A DNA stretch of 64,000 bases from Aggregatilineales bacterium (GTDB lineage: Bacteria > Chloroflexota > Anaerolineae > Aggregatilineales > J027): positions 324,367 to 388,366 of the forward strand of contig CBDCER010000002.1 of the NCBI GenBank assembly GCA_965215855.1. The letters are read 5' to 3'. Made by a program: the position numbers and the translations under genes. The notes beneath the pieces are model-generated. The model did not search any database and had not been told where the DNA came from. It saw nothing but the letters and a program-made list of their open reading frames with translations. Shown piece after piece: positions 54,281 to 63,369 of this stretch; positions within the stretch are counted from its first letter, which is position 1; each line of letters opens with the position of its first letter.

Positions 54281-55639
54281 CTATTGCCCAAACGGTGTTG
54301 ACGTGGGTGGGAATTGATATGCCTGTGTCGGGGGAATATCCGGGTCTGGGTTAAGACCAATATACGCCCGCCATTGACGCTCCAACTCAATAAATGGCAC
54401 GCCCGTCACCTGTTCCAATGCATCATCCAACACAACATTGGAACTGACCAATTCAATAACCTGACGATGTGTGTCCAGCCCGCCATATGTGCCAACCAGC
54501 CAGTTGATAAACGATGCGCCCATCTCATAGCCCAGATGTGTGCAGCCATCCGACGCTGGCGTGCCGACCATACCACTGGGACCAGACCCTTGCAGTGTAG
54601 CCAAATCCTCACCCAGTGCGGCCAATCGTTGCAGGCGTTGGTCCACCGGCCCCATCTCCAATTCAAAGAAGGTCGCCTCGCCCTCAATCCACCAGGCTGT
54701 GGCACGCACACCATAATCAAACTGATAAAGATGGGCCACTTCATGCGTGGCTACCGAAGCCGCAAACCGCATCTGCCATTCCAAATCACGCGGTTCATTC
54801 CAGATGCAGTCCTGTCGAATCTCCTCAATCTCCAGTCCACGCACGCGCAGCACCGCCGAATAGGTTTCGTTGCTAGCCTGGCCGGTTGTACGCGGATTGA
54901 TCTGTCCTCCGGCCTGAAATTCGCCCATCGAGTCACCGGGTGGGAAGATTACGACGGTCGGCTTGAACGACAACCCCCCACCAAAGCCCAGCGCAAACTT
55001 CTCCCGCAAATGAGCAAACGCCGTCACGACGACTTCGCCCATTTCCTCTGGAAAATCGAACCAATAAACGATGACATCCTCACTTTCGGCCCGGAACCAG
55101 TCACGGGTGGCGTCAATGTACATCACATTCACCGGCTCAGTCTCAACCAGCCCTTCTTCACCATAGGCCACACGCCAGACAACATCCATTGGCATCCAGG
55201 GGGCCAGACCACGTGCCTCATAAGGAATGGCCTGCCACACACCATTTTCGGGGTCGATATTGGTCGCTCGTACCCGCCCTTGCGACCCACCAGCAAAACG
55301 ATAGACTAGATTTATAGATACAACCTCAGCGTCTTCGGGCGGCGTGATGGTGGCCGTGAATTCCAATCCCAACGGGTAGTGTGTCACGTAGGTAAAATCG
55401 GTGAACTGAAACCCGTCGATTTCTTGGTCATCAAAATGAATGGAATCATCGGTCATACTCAGCGTTTCGAGCGTAAACGCAAAATCATCATCCAACGGCA
55501 AGTAGGTTGGCGTTGGCACAAAATTTTCTTGAAATACACCATTGCGAATGGTCGGCACAATGGTACTGGCGAATACTGCCGAGGCCAATAACATCAATAC
55601 CAGGGTTGTGCTGATTATCAGATAAAATCGTTTTGTCAT
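54281..55639 (-). CDS. secreted HExxH metallopeptidase-like protein
   Basis: The internal ATG at 55639 (AAAGGTG RBS) gives MTKRFYLIISTTLVLMLLASAVFAS, a signal peptide. VATHEVAHLYQ is a zinc-protease-type HExxH. The ORF-track extension to 55852 is Arg/Cys-rich and overlaps the divergent gene. Confidence 0.6.
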   Translation of the reverse strand: MTKRFYLIISTTLVLMLLASAVFASTIVPTIRNGVFQENFVPTPTYLPLDDDFAFTLETLSMTDDSIHFDDQEIDGFQFTDFTYVTHYPLGLEFTATITPPEDAEVVSINLVYRFAGGSQGRVRATNIDPENGVWQAIPYEARGLAPWMPMDVVWRVAYGEEGLVETEPVNVMYIDATRDWFRAESEDVIVYWFDFPEEMGEVVVTAFAHLREKFALGFGGGLSFKPTVVIFPPGDSMGEFQAGGQINPRTTGQASNETYSAVLRVRGLEIEEIRQDCIWNEPRDLEWQMRFAASVATHEVAHLYQFDYGVRATAWWIEGEATFFELEMGPVDQRLQRLAALGEDLATLQGSGPSGMVGTPASDGCTHLGYEMGASFINWLVGTYGGLDTHRQVIELVSSNVVLDDALEQVTGVPFIELERQWRAYIGLNPDPDIPPTQAYQFPPTSTPFGQ

Positions 55640-55675
55640 GTAAGCACCTTTAGGATTACAACGAGGACACATTCC

Positions 55676-56989
55676 GTGTCGATTGTAGCGCAATTTCAGC
55701 GAATTGTTTTCTCTGCTTTGATTACTACTGCACTGACGCTGGCGTTCATTCCAGCCCAGGCGCAGGAGACACCGCCAACGGAGACAGGAGTCCAACTCTG
55801 GCATCCGCATACAGGCGAACGACAGGCGGCGCTCGAAGCGCTGGTTGAGCAATTCAATGCTGAAAATGAATGGGGCATCATAGTGACGCCAGCCAGCTTC
55901 GAGAATCCAGGGTTGCTTTATGATCAGATCATCCTACAACTGACTGGCGCAATGGCATTGCCGCATCTGGCAATGATCTGGCCGCATGAAGCGGCACTGT
56001 TTGATCTGAGCAATGCGGTACTCGACCTAGAGCCATATATCAACGATGCTGAGACCGGTTTCACAGACGAGGATTGGGACGATTTTCTGCCTGAATGGGA
56101 AGCACGCACCCGCAATCCTTTTACTGGCAAAGTGCTAGGCTGGTCGGCGCGAACCTTCACCCCCATCATGGCTGTCAATCGGGCAGCACTGGCCGAACTC
56201 GGCTTCGATACACCGCCGCAAACACAGGCAGAATTGTTGGAGATGGCCTGCGCGTTCCAGGGATGGTCAGCAGGCAAGTTCGGTGTGGCGCATGGTTTCC
56301 TAATTCCGACCGATGCTGAAGTGCTGTTTGGATTAGGTGGCAATCCATATGATGATAGTCCCTCGCCTCAATTCACACTCAGCCTGCTGGAGCCAACGCT
56401 ACAAACGTTGATTAGGGCTATTCAGGAAGGCTGTGCCAGCATCGTAGCAAACTCAACCGAAGCGATTGACAAATTCGCTGCCGGGCAAACCTTGTTCTAT
56501 TTCGGCAGTTCATCCAGCCTGCCGGTATTGCGGGACAATATTGCACTCAACTATGCCGAGCCGTTTGCATGGGGTGTCTATTCTCTGCCCACCGATGCAC
56601 CACCACTGGTCTTTGGACCAATTATCACCATCTTCGATCATGATGCTGAGAGCAATCTGGCCGCGTGGCATTTTTTACAATGGTTCACCAGCCCGGAAAT
56701 CAACGCTGGCTGGGTTGCCGCCACCGGCAGCCTGCCCGTGCGTGCCCCAGCCACCGAATCCCTGGATTTTCCGCAACAACAGCAAGCCTGGGAATTGTTG
56801 GAGCGGCCAATGACTGCCATTCCGGCTATCGCAGGCTATGATGTCATCCGGCTGGAAATACAATTTGCGCTCGAACGCCTGCTGAGTGGCACAACCACGC
56901 TTGAAGACGAGTTGCCTGCGCTGGAAACGTTGATTAACCAGATTTTGCAGGATTTCGCTCCACTGCCCGAAACCCAACCAGAGGATTAG
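55676..56989 (+). CDS. extracellular solute-binding protein (ABC family 1, sugar-type), orphan
   Basis: 437 aa with a GTG start and GAGGA at 55663-55667. The signal peptide ends AQAQE. No permease or ATPase genes are adjacent. Confidence 0.75.
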   Translation: MSIVAQFQRIVFSALITTALTLAFIPAQAQETPPTETGVQLWHPHTGERQAALEALVEQFNAENEWGIIVTPASFENPGLLYDQIILQLTGAMALPHLAMIWPHEAALFDLSNAVLDLEPYINDAETGFTDEDWDDFLPEWEARTRNPFTGKVLGWSARTFTPIMAVNRAALAELGFDTPPQTQAELLEMACAFQGWSAGKFGVAHGFLIPTDAEVLFGLGGNPYDDSPSPQFTLSLLEPTLQTLIRAIQEGCASIVANSTEAIDKFAAGQTLFYFGSSSSLPVLRDNIALNYAEPFAWGVYSLPTDAPPLVFGPIITIFDHDAESNLAAWHFLQWFTSPEINAGWVAATGSLPVRAPATESLDFPQQQQAWELLERPMTAIPAIAGYDVIRLEIQFALERLLSGTTTLEDELPALETLINQILQDFAPLPETQPED

Positions 56990-57682
56990 TTGATGCCCAT
57001 TGAACCTAAATTCACCCCGCTGAATTTCCAGCATCTACCAGAAGGCGAACAATTGGCACGTTCCCGCGAATTCCTGGCACGGATGCAGACGCGGCGCACT
57101 GTGCGAGATTTTTCGTCAGCACCAGTCCCTTTTGAACTGATCGCCAACGCCATTACCACTGCTGGGACAGCACCATCTGGGGCGAACCAACAACCCTGGA
57201 CGTTCGTGGTGGTCAGCGACCCCGCCATCAAACGCCAGATCCGTGTGGCAGCTGAAGAAGAGGAAAAAGAAAGCTACGAACGTCGCATGAGCCAGGAATG
57301 GTTAGACGCACTGGCACACCTCGGCACAGACTGGCACAAACCGCACCTGGAAGACGCATCCTATCTGATTGTGGTATTCAGTCAACCTTACGGGGTAGAG
57401 GTTGATCCCGACACAGGCGAAGAGCAGCGCATCAAGCATTATTACGTTGCTGAATCAGTGGGGATTGCAGTCGGGATATTGCTCGCCAGCTTGCATCAGG
57501 CCGGACTTGCTACATTGACCCACACGCCAAGCCCGATGGGATTTCTGAGCGAGATTCTGGAACGTCCCGCTAATGAACGCGCTTATGTGGTCATTCCGGT
57601 GGGGTACCCGGCTCAAGATGCCCAGGTTCCCAACATCAGCAAGAAATCGCTGGACGAGATCATGGTGCGAATCGGAGATTAA
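56990..57682 (+). CDS. nitroreductase-family flavoprotein
   Basis: 230 aa with RRTVRDF ... APSGANQQPWTFVVV, typical of the nitroreductase / iodotyrosine-deiodinase-like family. The ATG at 56993 is an alternative start. Confidence 0.85.
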   Translation: MMPIEPKFTPLNFQHLPEGEQLARSREFLARMQTRRTVRDFSSAPVPFELIANAITTAGTAPSGANQQPWTFVVVSDPAIKRQIRVAAEEEEKESYERRMSQEWLDALAHLGTDWHKPHLEDASYLIVVFSQPYGVEVDPDTGEEQRIKHYYVAESVGIAVGILLASLHQAGLATLTHTPSPMGFLSEILERPANERAYVVIPVGYPAQDAQVPNISKKSLDEIMVRIGD

Positions 57683-58248
57683 CGAGACGTTGCCCATCCA
57701 TCCAGGTAAGCTTGCAGTGCTTTTTCAAAGGTGGCGGGCAAATCACCGCCGCGCTGAAATTGGCCGCCGAGTTCGAGCATCACGAAGCCATGCACCAACG
57801 CCCACGCTCCGCGTAAGGCTGCCAACGAGTCAGGTTCGCCGACGATAGCCGCCATTTCGTTTTGTACAGGCAGTGCTAGTTGTAACAAGGCGTCGGGGTC
57901 CGGTTGGGTTTCAGCATCAGTGAAATGATAAGCCAACGGATAGGTGTGGGGATTTTGGTGAGCAAATTCACGGTAGGCGTTCATCAAAGCCAGAATTCGC
58001 GCTCGCGGATCATCACCAGATTTTTGGGCAGCCCCCAACACATATTCAACTAATCGCCGTTGTGTCAGCAGATTAACCTCACGCAACAAAACAGCCTTGT
58101 TTTTCACATGCTTATACAGCGATGGCGCTTTGACATCGAAAGCCGCCGCCAGTTTGCTCAGAGATAGCGTTTCCAGGCCGTCATCCTCAATCATCTGGTG
58201 GGCAGTTTCGATCAACGAATTGTAATCAACCTGAGCCGGATAGGGCAT
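57679..58248 (-). CDS. TetR/AcrR-family transcriptional regulator
   Basis: HTH segment LSKLAAAFDVKAPSLYKHVKNK. The ATG at 58248 (AGAAAGG RBS) is preferred over the TTG at 58272. Confidence 0.85.
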   Translation of the reverse strand: MPYPAQVDYNSLIETAHQMIEDDGLETLSLSKLAAAFDVKAPSLYKHVKNKAVLLREVNLLTQRRLVEYVLGAAQKSGDDPRARILALMNAYREFAHQNPHTYPLAYHFTDAETQPDPDALLQLALPVQNEMAAIVGEPDSLAALRGAWALVHGFVMLELGGQFQRGGDLPATFEKALQAYLDGWATSR

Positions 58249-58323
58249 GTGGAGAGCCTTTCTTGCATCCAAAATTGCTATAGTCGGTACATTGAAGTGC
58301 AGGATGGAGAAAATAATGTGTAA

Positions 58324-58346
58324 GGGAGGGCCTGAGAGACCCTCCC
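58324..58346 (-). terminator. weak terminator candidate after the SH3-domain gene
   Basis: GGGAGGG / CCCTCCC form a 7-bp stem with a 9-nt loop. On the minus strand TTACACATTATTTTCTCC follows. Confidence 0.3.
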
Positions 58347-58409
58347 CGACAACCCACTATGCCTTCGCAGACAGCAGATCTTCTGTCTACATTTTCAAAT
58401 AACACAATT

Positions 58410-59033
58410 CTAGGGATTAACCTGGAACCAACCTTCAATGTCCACAATCCAGCCAGTCTGACCTGCTGCGTCTTGATATTGCCACCAGACAAAATACTGC
58501 GCTTGATAAGGGCCACCCACAATTGTCAGCGTCTCGCCCGCGTTGACCAACCGCACAATATTGTCACGGCCTGGCAGCACGGTCGCTCCTGAACGGAAGT
58601 TGGCCTGATCACCCGTTGCGGTCACGGTCACGGTCTTGCCAATCTCCATACCGGGCGTCGTGTAGGTGGCGCTGCTGACCTTCAATTTGACATTCACATC
58701 AGCCAGATTCGCAATGATCCAACCCGAAACGCCTTCAGCAATCGACACTTTAATCCAGCGATTGCCAGCGGTGTCAGTCTGCTGAGTCGCACCATCCCAC
58801 ATCACACGATCTCCCCACAGCAAGACATCGACCTGCTGAGTATCGGTCAGATCGGGCTGCGAATAGACACCGGCGGGGCTGCCGGCCTGCAAAATCTCGA
58901 TAATTTGATTACTATAGCCATCGTTCGAGGTATCGGCCTGGGCCATCCGCAGATGGTTGACCGCAACACCAGCCACAAACGCGACCAATACCAACATGAC
59001 CGTCATCATACGGTGCGATTTCCAGTTCACCAT
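58410..59033 (-). CDS. secreted/anchored protein with two bacterial SH3-like domains
   Basis: 207 aa with an N-terminal hydrophobic anchor. SH3b-like ends: NRWIKVSIAEGVSGWIIANL and VWWQYQDAAGQTGWIVDIEGW. Confidence 0.55.
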   Translation of the reverse strand: MVNWKSHRMMTVMLVLVAFVAGVAVNHLRMAQADTSNDGYSNQIIEILQAGSPAGVYSQPDLTDTQQVDVLLWGDRVMWDGATQQTDTAGNRWIKVSIAEGVSGWIIANLADVNVKLKVSSATYTTPGMEIGKTVTVTATGDQANFRSGATVLPGRDNIVRLVNAGETLTIVGGPYQAQYFVWWQYQDAAGQTGWIVDIEGWFQVNP

Positions 59034-59134
59034 TTATTCTCCATCAAACGTATCTTTGTTTAAGTCAGCACGAGTGTAGACGATCCATCTGGGCTATGCA
59101 AGGCCCGCCAGCGATGCGTTGGCGATGCGTCAGG

Positions 59135-60340
59135 TCAATGGGGCAAACTACTCCACAATAGCACCCCTGTCACCCACTCCAAATTCGAGCCATCGGGCTG
59201 AATGCGATAGGTTCCGGTCAACAGTGGGCTAAGTGCGCCCGACTGCTGCGAAATGAAGAAATAAATACCTTCAGGATTCCAAACCAGATGGCCGGGGCGC
59301 GTCTTCAAAAGGCTATCTGTCGGGCCTTCAAACTGCAACAATACCACCTGCGACTCGGTAGCCGGAATATACATCGTCAACCGAAGCGGGTGCGTCGTTC
59401 CCAACGGTCCTTCGGTTTCAGCCCAGTAGACAATCGCCGACTCGTCAGGGGCCAGCACCGCCTGGGTTGCCACATGGAAGGCGGGAGCCAGCGAGCGATG
59501 TTCTCCTGTAACCAGATCAGTCAGCCACACACCACGATTGAACATGATGGCAGGCTGCGCCGGAAACGACAGGATGAACCGTTGGCCCGTTTCCTCAACG
59601 GTCAAGGCTGTTGCTGGTCGGGCATCCGCTGGCATCTCCAACGACGCATACAATTGCTCCGACGACGACGGCCCCAGACCAAGTTCAAACGACACAACCT
59701 CATTGCCAACCCAGCCCAATGCACGATATTGACGGTCTTCGGTGAGTGTCTCGCCACCTAAGTCCACACCATCCACTGGCGCAGGCCGCAACACCGTCGT
59801 TTCGCCATTGGCACGAATACCCAGCGCCGAATGCCCTGCCTCATCCCGTGTCTGGAACAAAATGCGCGTGCTATCCGGCGACCAATGCACATTAGTCTGG
59901 TTACAGCCACCCAGCGTCTCGAAACGATCCACCGTTGTGCCCGTCAGCAAGTCTAAAATGCCACAAGTAATCACTTCCAACGCGCCGTCGGGAACCGTAT
60001 AGATGCCATATTGCCCGCTGGGACTGACCGGATGAACACCGTAATCATAGGTGATATTATAGGCATACAGGCGATTATCGAGCGTGAGGTTCATGATGGT
60101 GTAGCGTTCGCCATAGCTCTCAAAGTTGAAGAACAACGTGCCGGGAATTAGCGGCTCTGGCAAATTCAAGCGTGGCATGGCAGAGATTGGTGGCAGCATG
60201 TCCGGATTAGCAGGCATCTCGCCGGGGTTAAGCGCCGCAGGCCATTCAAAGGCAGGCTGATCTTGCCCCTGGGCTGGCATCATCACGCCCAACATCGCGC
60301 CTATTATCAGCATCAAACTCAATAACCGGATCATACCCAT
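59135..60340 (-). CDS. secreted beta-propeller-like (TolB/DPP-IV N-terminal-like) protein
   Basis: 401 aa with a signal peptide (LLSLMLIIGAMLGVMMPAQG). Propeller-blade-like motifs include HWSPDSTRILFQTRD and LAPDESAIVYW. Confidence 0.5.
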   Translation of the reverse strand: MGMIRLLSLMLIIGAMLGVMMPAQGQDQPAFEWPAALNPGEMPANPDMLPPISAMPRLNLPEPLIPGTLFFNFESYGERYTIMNLTLDNRLYAYNITYDYGVHPVSPSGQYGIYTVPDGALEVITCGILDLLTGTTVDRFETLGGCNQTNVHWSPDSTRILFQTRDEAGHSALGIRANGETTVLRPAPVDGVDLGGETLTEDRQYRALGWVGNEVVSFELGLGPSSSEQLYASLEMPADARPATALTVEETGQRFILSFPAQPAIMFNRGVWLTDLVTGEHRSLAPAFHVATQAVLAPDESAIVYWAETEGPLGTTHPLRLTMYIPATESQVVLLQFEGPTDSLLKTRPGHLVWNPEGIYFFISQQSGALSPLLTGTYRIQPDGSNLEWVTGVLLWSSLPH

Positions 60341-60371
60341 ATCAAAACACCCCTATAACGTTGTTTGGCGG

Positions 60372-60848
60372 TTAAATTGAGAGTAACTGTAGAACTAACT
60401 CAGGAACTTCGACAGATTCGTACCCTATCAAACGATGCACCTGTTCTAATGGCAACTGTTCCTGGGGGTCTGCATAAGCATACACGCGATATTCTGCACC
60501 AAAATCCAACTCTCGCAAGAAAATCTGCACATTCTCGCCCTCAGTATTCAAGCCGAACACCTCGGCGCGTGGATAAAGCTGGTAGTTCTCGACCACAAAG
60601 CGCCAGGCTTGCTCGCCATAGAGCAGCAGTCCGCGCTCTGAAACAAAAACCGCCGGAATCACGGCCAGATGTGCGGGGCCGAGCATCGGAATGGCATAGC
60701 GCAGCGTCACTGGCGGACTTGCCAGCACCCTACCCTTTGGCATGGTATTGTCCAACACTAACACTGTCTCACTGTCACATTGCCACACACGGCCCTGAAG
60801 CGTATGTTGCACGCAATTGTTCAGAATATCCACTGCATTGTCCATCAA
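60372..60848 (-). CDS. hypothetical protein
   Basis: 158 aa in the same orientation as its neighbours. No motif recognised. The overlapping plus-strand ORF is Arg-rich and less plausible. Confidence 0.45.
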   Translation of the reverse strand: MMDNAVDILNNCVQHTLQGRVWQCDSETVLVLDNTMPKGRVLASPPVTLRYAIPMLGPAHLAVIPAVFVSERGLLLYGEQAWRFVVENYQLYPRAEVFGLNTEGENVQIFLRELDFGAEYRVYAYADPQEQLPLEQVHRLIGYESVEVPELVLQLLSI

Positions 60849-60909
60849 ACAAAATCGCCCACACCGGCATGATAACCGGCATGGGCGATAGGATGCAAAC
60901 TCAGATCAA

Positions 60910-62502
60910 TTAGACTTTTGGACCCGCATTGACGATGTCGTCGCTAGCACGATCCTTAAATTGCTCGAAATTCTTGCTGAACATTCCCGCCAGTTGCGAC
61001 GCCTTCGCATCGTAGGCGTCCTTATTCGACCAGGCATCGCGTGGATTCAGGATGCCATCGGGTACACCTTCGATGGAGGTCGGGATCGACAGACCGAAGA
61101 AGGATTCTTCCACAAATTCGGTATTATCCAACTCGCCCTGCAACGCAGCATGGACCATGCGACGTGTGTAGGGCAATGAGATGCGATCTACCTCGCCCGC
61201 TGGACCGCCAGACCAACCCGTGTTGACCAGCCAGACATTGCTGCCATGCTCTTTGATCTTCTCGGCCAGCATCTCGGCGTAAACCGTCGGGTGCAGTGGC
61301 ATAAACGGCGCACCAAAGCACGCACTGAAGGTGGCCTGTGGCTCGGTCACGCCACGCTCGGTACCAGCAACTTTGGCGGTGTAGCCACTGATGAAGTGAT
61401 ACATGGCCTGTTCTGGCGTCAGCTTGGAAATCGGAGGCAACACACCAAACGCATCGGCTGTCAAGAACACGACATTCTTAGGATGGCCGCCGATACCGGT
61501 GTCGCTGGCATTGGGAATGTAGTGAATGGGGTAGGAGCAGCGCGTATTCTGCGTATATTGCGTATCGTCGAAGTTGGGGCTGCGATCCCCGGTGAGTGGT
61601 ACATTTTCCAGAATCGTGCCGAACCGTTTGGTCGTGGCATAGATTTCCGGCTCGGTCTCGGCGCTGAGGTTGATGGTCTTGGCATAACAGCCACCTTCCA
61701 TATTGAAGACGCCCTCATTGCTCCAGGCATGTTCGTCATCACCAATCAGCGTGCGGGAAGAGTCAGCGGAAAGCGTAGTCTTACCAGTGCCACTCAGGCC
61801 GAAGAAGATAGCCGTACCTTCGGGGCCGATATTAGCCGAGCAGTGCATCGGCATGACGCCCATCTTCGGCAGGCGATAGTTCATCACACCAAAGATACCC
61901 TTCTTGACCTCGCCTGAATACAGCGAACCCAAGATAATAATCCGCTTCTTGGCGAAGTTCACACCGATGAAGGTCGGGGTGCGCGTCCCATCGGTTTCGG
62001 GATCAGCCTGCAAGGTGGGGGCGGCCAGGATGGTCCATTCTGGCTGATGGTTCGCTTGTTCTGCCTCGGTGGGACGAACGAACATATTCCAAGCAAAGAG
62101 ACCATGATAGGCAGCTTCACTGACCAGGCGAATCGGCATCCGATAGTTGGCATCGGCCCCAGCAAAGGTGTCCAACACGAACAATTCTTCTTTGTTTTTC
62201 AGGTAATTGATAACCTTCTGTTCCAGGTGTTCGAACAATTCTGGCTCAACAGGTTGGTTGATATCACCCCACCAGATGTCATCATGCACACCCGGTTCAT
62301 CCACAGTAAATTTATCTTTTGGCGAACGCCCGGTATACTGACCCGTCAGCACACGCAGTGCCCCTTCATTGGTTAAAACCGCTTCGCCTCTACGAAGTGC
62401 ATGTTCATAAAGTTCGGCAGGATTCTGGTTCCAGTGGACAACTTCTACATTGCCCAAGCCATATGCGTCCAGGCCAAACGAACTACGAACGTGTTCACCC
62501 AT
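60910..62502 (-). CDS. pckA: phosphoenolpyruvate carboxykinase (ATP)
   Basis: 530 aa with kinase-1a FFGLSGTGKTTLS and the motif IGDDEHAW. AAGGAG RBS. Confidence 0.97.
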   Translation of the reverse strand: MGEHVRSSFGLDAYGLGNVEVVHWNQNPAELYEHALRRGEAVLTNEGALRVLTGQYTGRSPKDKFTVDEPGVHDDIWWGDINQPVEPELFEHLEQKVINYLKNKEELFVLDTFAGADANYRMPIRLVSEAAYHGLFAWNMFVRPTEAEQANHQPEWTILAAPTLQADPETDGTRTPTFIGVNFAKKRIIILGSLYSGEVKKGIFGVMNYRLPKMGVMPMHCSANIGPEGTAIFFGLSGTGKTTLSADSSRTLIGDDEHAWSNEGVFNMEGGCYAKTINLSAETEPEIYATTKRFGTILENVPLTGDRSPNFDDTQYTQNTRCSYPIHYIPNASDTGIGGHPKNVVFLTADAFGVLPPISKLTPEQAMYHFISGYTAKVAGTERGVTEPQATFSACFGAPFMPLHPTVYAEMLAEKIKEHGSNVWLVNTGWSGGPAGEVDRISLPYTRRMVHAALQGELDNTEFVEESFFGLSIPTSIEGVPDGILNPRDAWSNKDAYDAKASQLAGMFSKNFEQFKDRASDDIVNAGPKV

Positions 62503-62639
62503 GTTTATGTCTCCTTAAAATTATCAAATTATGTCACCCCAAACAGGTAACGTTAAACATCAATGATTTGTGTGGCTATTCGCCAATTTAAGAATCTAGC
62601 AGGAAACTCAACAGAATTCCATGATAGATGACAATATTT

Positions 62640-62655
62640 TGTGAACAATTTCACA
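62640..62655. promoter_or_regulatory. CRP/FNR-type palindrome upstream of pckA
   Basis: TGTGAacaattTCACA is a perfect TGTGA-N6-TCACA site. Its edge is ~138 nt upstream of the pckA ATG, within an AT-rich spacer. Confidence 0.4.
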
Positions 62656-62675
62656 TATTATCTATTCTAATACGC

Positions 62676-63296
62676 TTATTCGCCATCAAAATGCGGTGTC
62701 TCGCCGAATGAAACCAGTTTCCAGCGATTCTCACTATACTCTAACGTAGTTAGCGAAGTATTTGCCAAACGCGGACTTGGCAGATTCGACAAATGATCCT
62801 CCCAAAGTCCCAACATCTGCAAAATGCCACGTATCGTCCCGCCATGCGACACAGCCAGCACAAAGGCATCAGGATATTGCTGAACATAATCCTCCAATGC
62901 GGCCACCCCACGTGTGCCCAGGTCGGTTTGGCTCTCGCCGCCGGGCCGTGGTGTAGTCAATGGATTGGCCCGCACGGCAGCCAATGTTTCGCTATCCCAC
63001 AGTTCAATCTCATGACCTGTTAACCCCTGCCACAATCCCACATCGACCTCGCGCAGGCGAGCATCCAGGCTAACGGGCAATTTCAGAACATTCGCCACAA
63101 TTTCAGCGGTCATGCGTGTGCGACTCAAATCGCTGCTATAGATGTGGTTGATACCTGCGTTCATCAAATAATCTGCTGCTAACCGTGCCTGTTGTATACC
63201 AACATCGTCCAATGGAACTGGGGCATGACCTTGTAGACGCCTACTCGCGTTCCAAGCGGTCTGCCCATGCCTCATCAAAAGTAATCGTGTCGTCAT
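62676..63296 (-). CDS. histidine phosphatase (phosphoglycerate mutase-like) family protein
   Basis: Begins MTTRLLLMRHGQTAWN (RHG catalytic motif) and contains VSHGGTIR. The internal ATG at 63296 has a GGGAG RBS and is preferred over 63485. Confidence 0.85.
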   Translation of the reverse strand: MTTRLLLMRHGQTAWNASRRLQGHAPVPLDDVGIQQARLAADYLMNAGINHIYSSDLSRTRMTAEIVANVLKLPVSLDARLREVDVGLWQGLTGHEIELWDSETLAAVRANPLTTPRPGGESQTDLGTRGVAALEDYVQQYPDAFVLAVSHGGTIRGILQMLGLWEDHLSNLPSPRLANTSLTTLEYSENRWKLVSFGETPHFDGE

Positions 63297-63369
63297 TCGC
63301 TCCCTTTTTGTGATTCGCCTATCATTAAACAAATCAATCCGCGCATTCTGCAGGGGATAAGGTCCTATC

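Noticed and set aside
54314-55309. 331-aa plus-strand ORF
   Set aside because: It lies entirely antisense to the signal-peptide/HExxH gene. It is Arg/His/Cys/Pro-rich and low-complexity with no RBS, which is typical of a shadow ORF.
60365-60913. 182-aa plus-strand Arg/Pro/His-rich ORF
   Set aside because: Its composition looks like non-coding translation. The opposite-strand 158-aa ORF matches the orientation of its neighbours, though it too is only moderately supported.
61246-61917. 223-aa plus-strand ORF
   Set aside because: It is antisense to pckA, whose identity is unambiguous.
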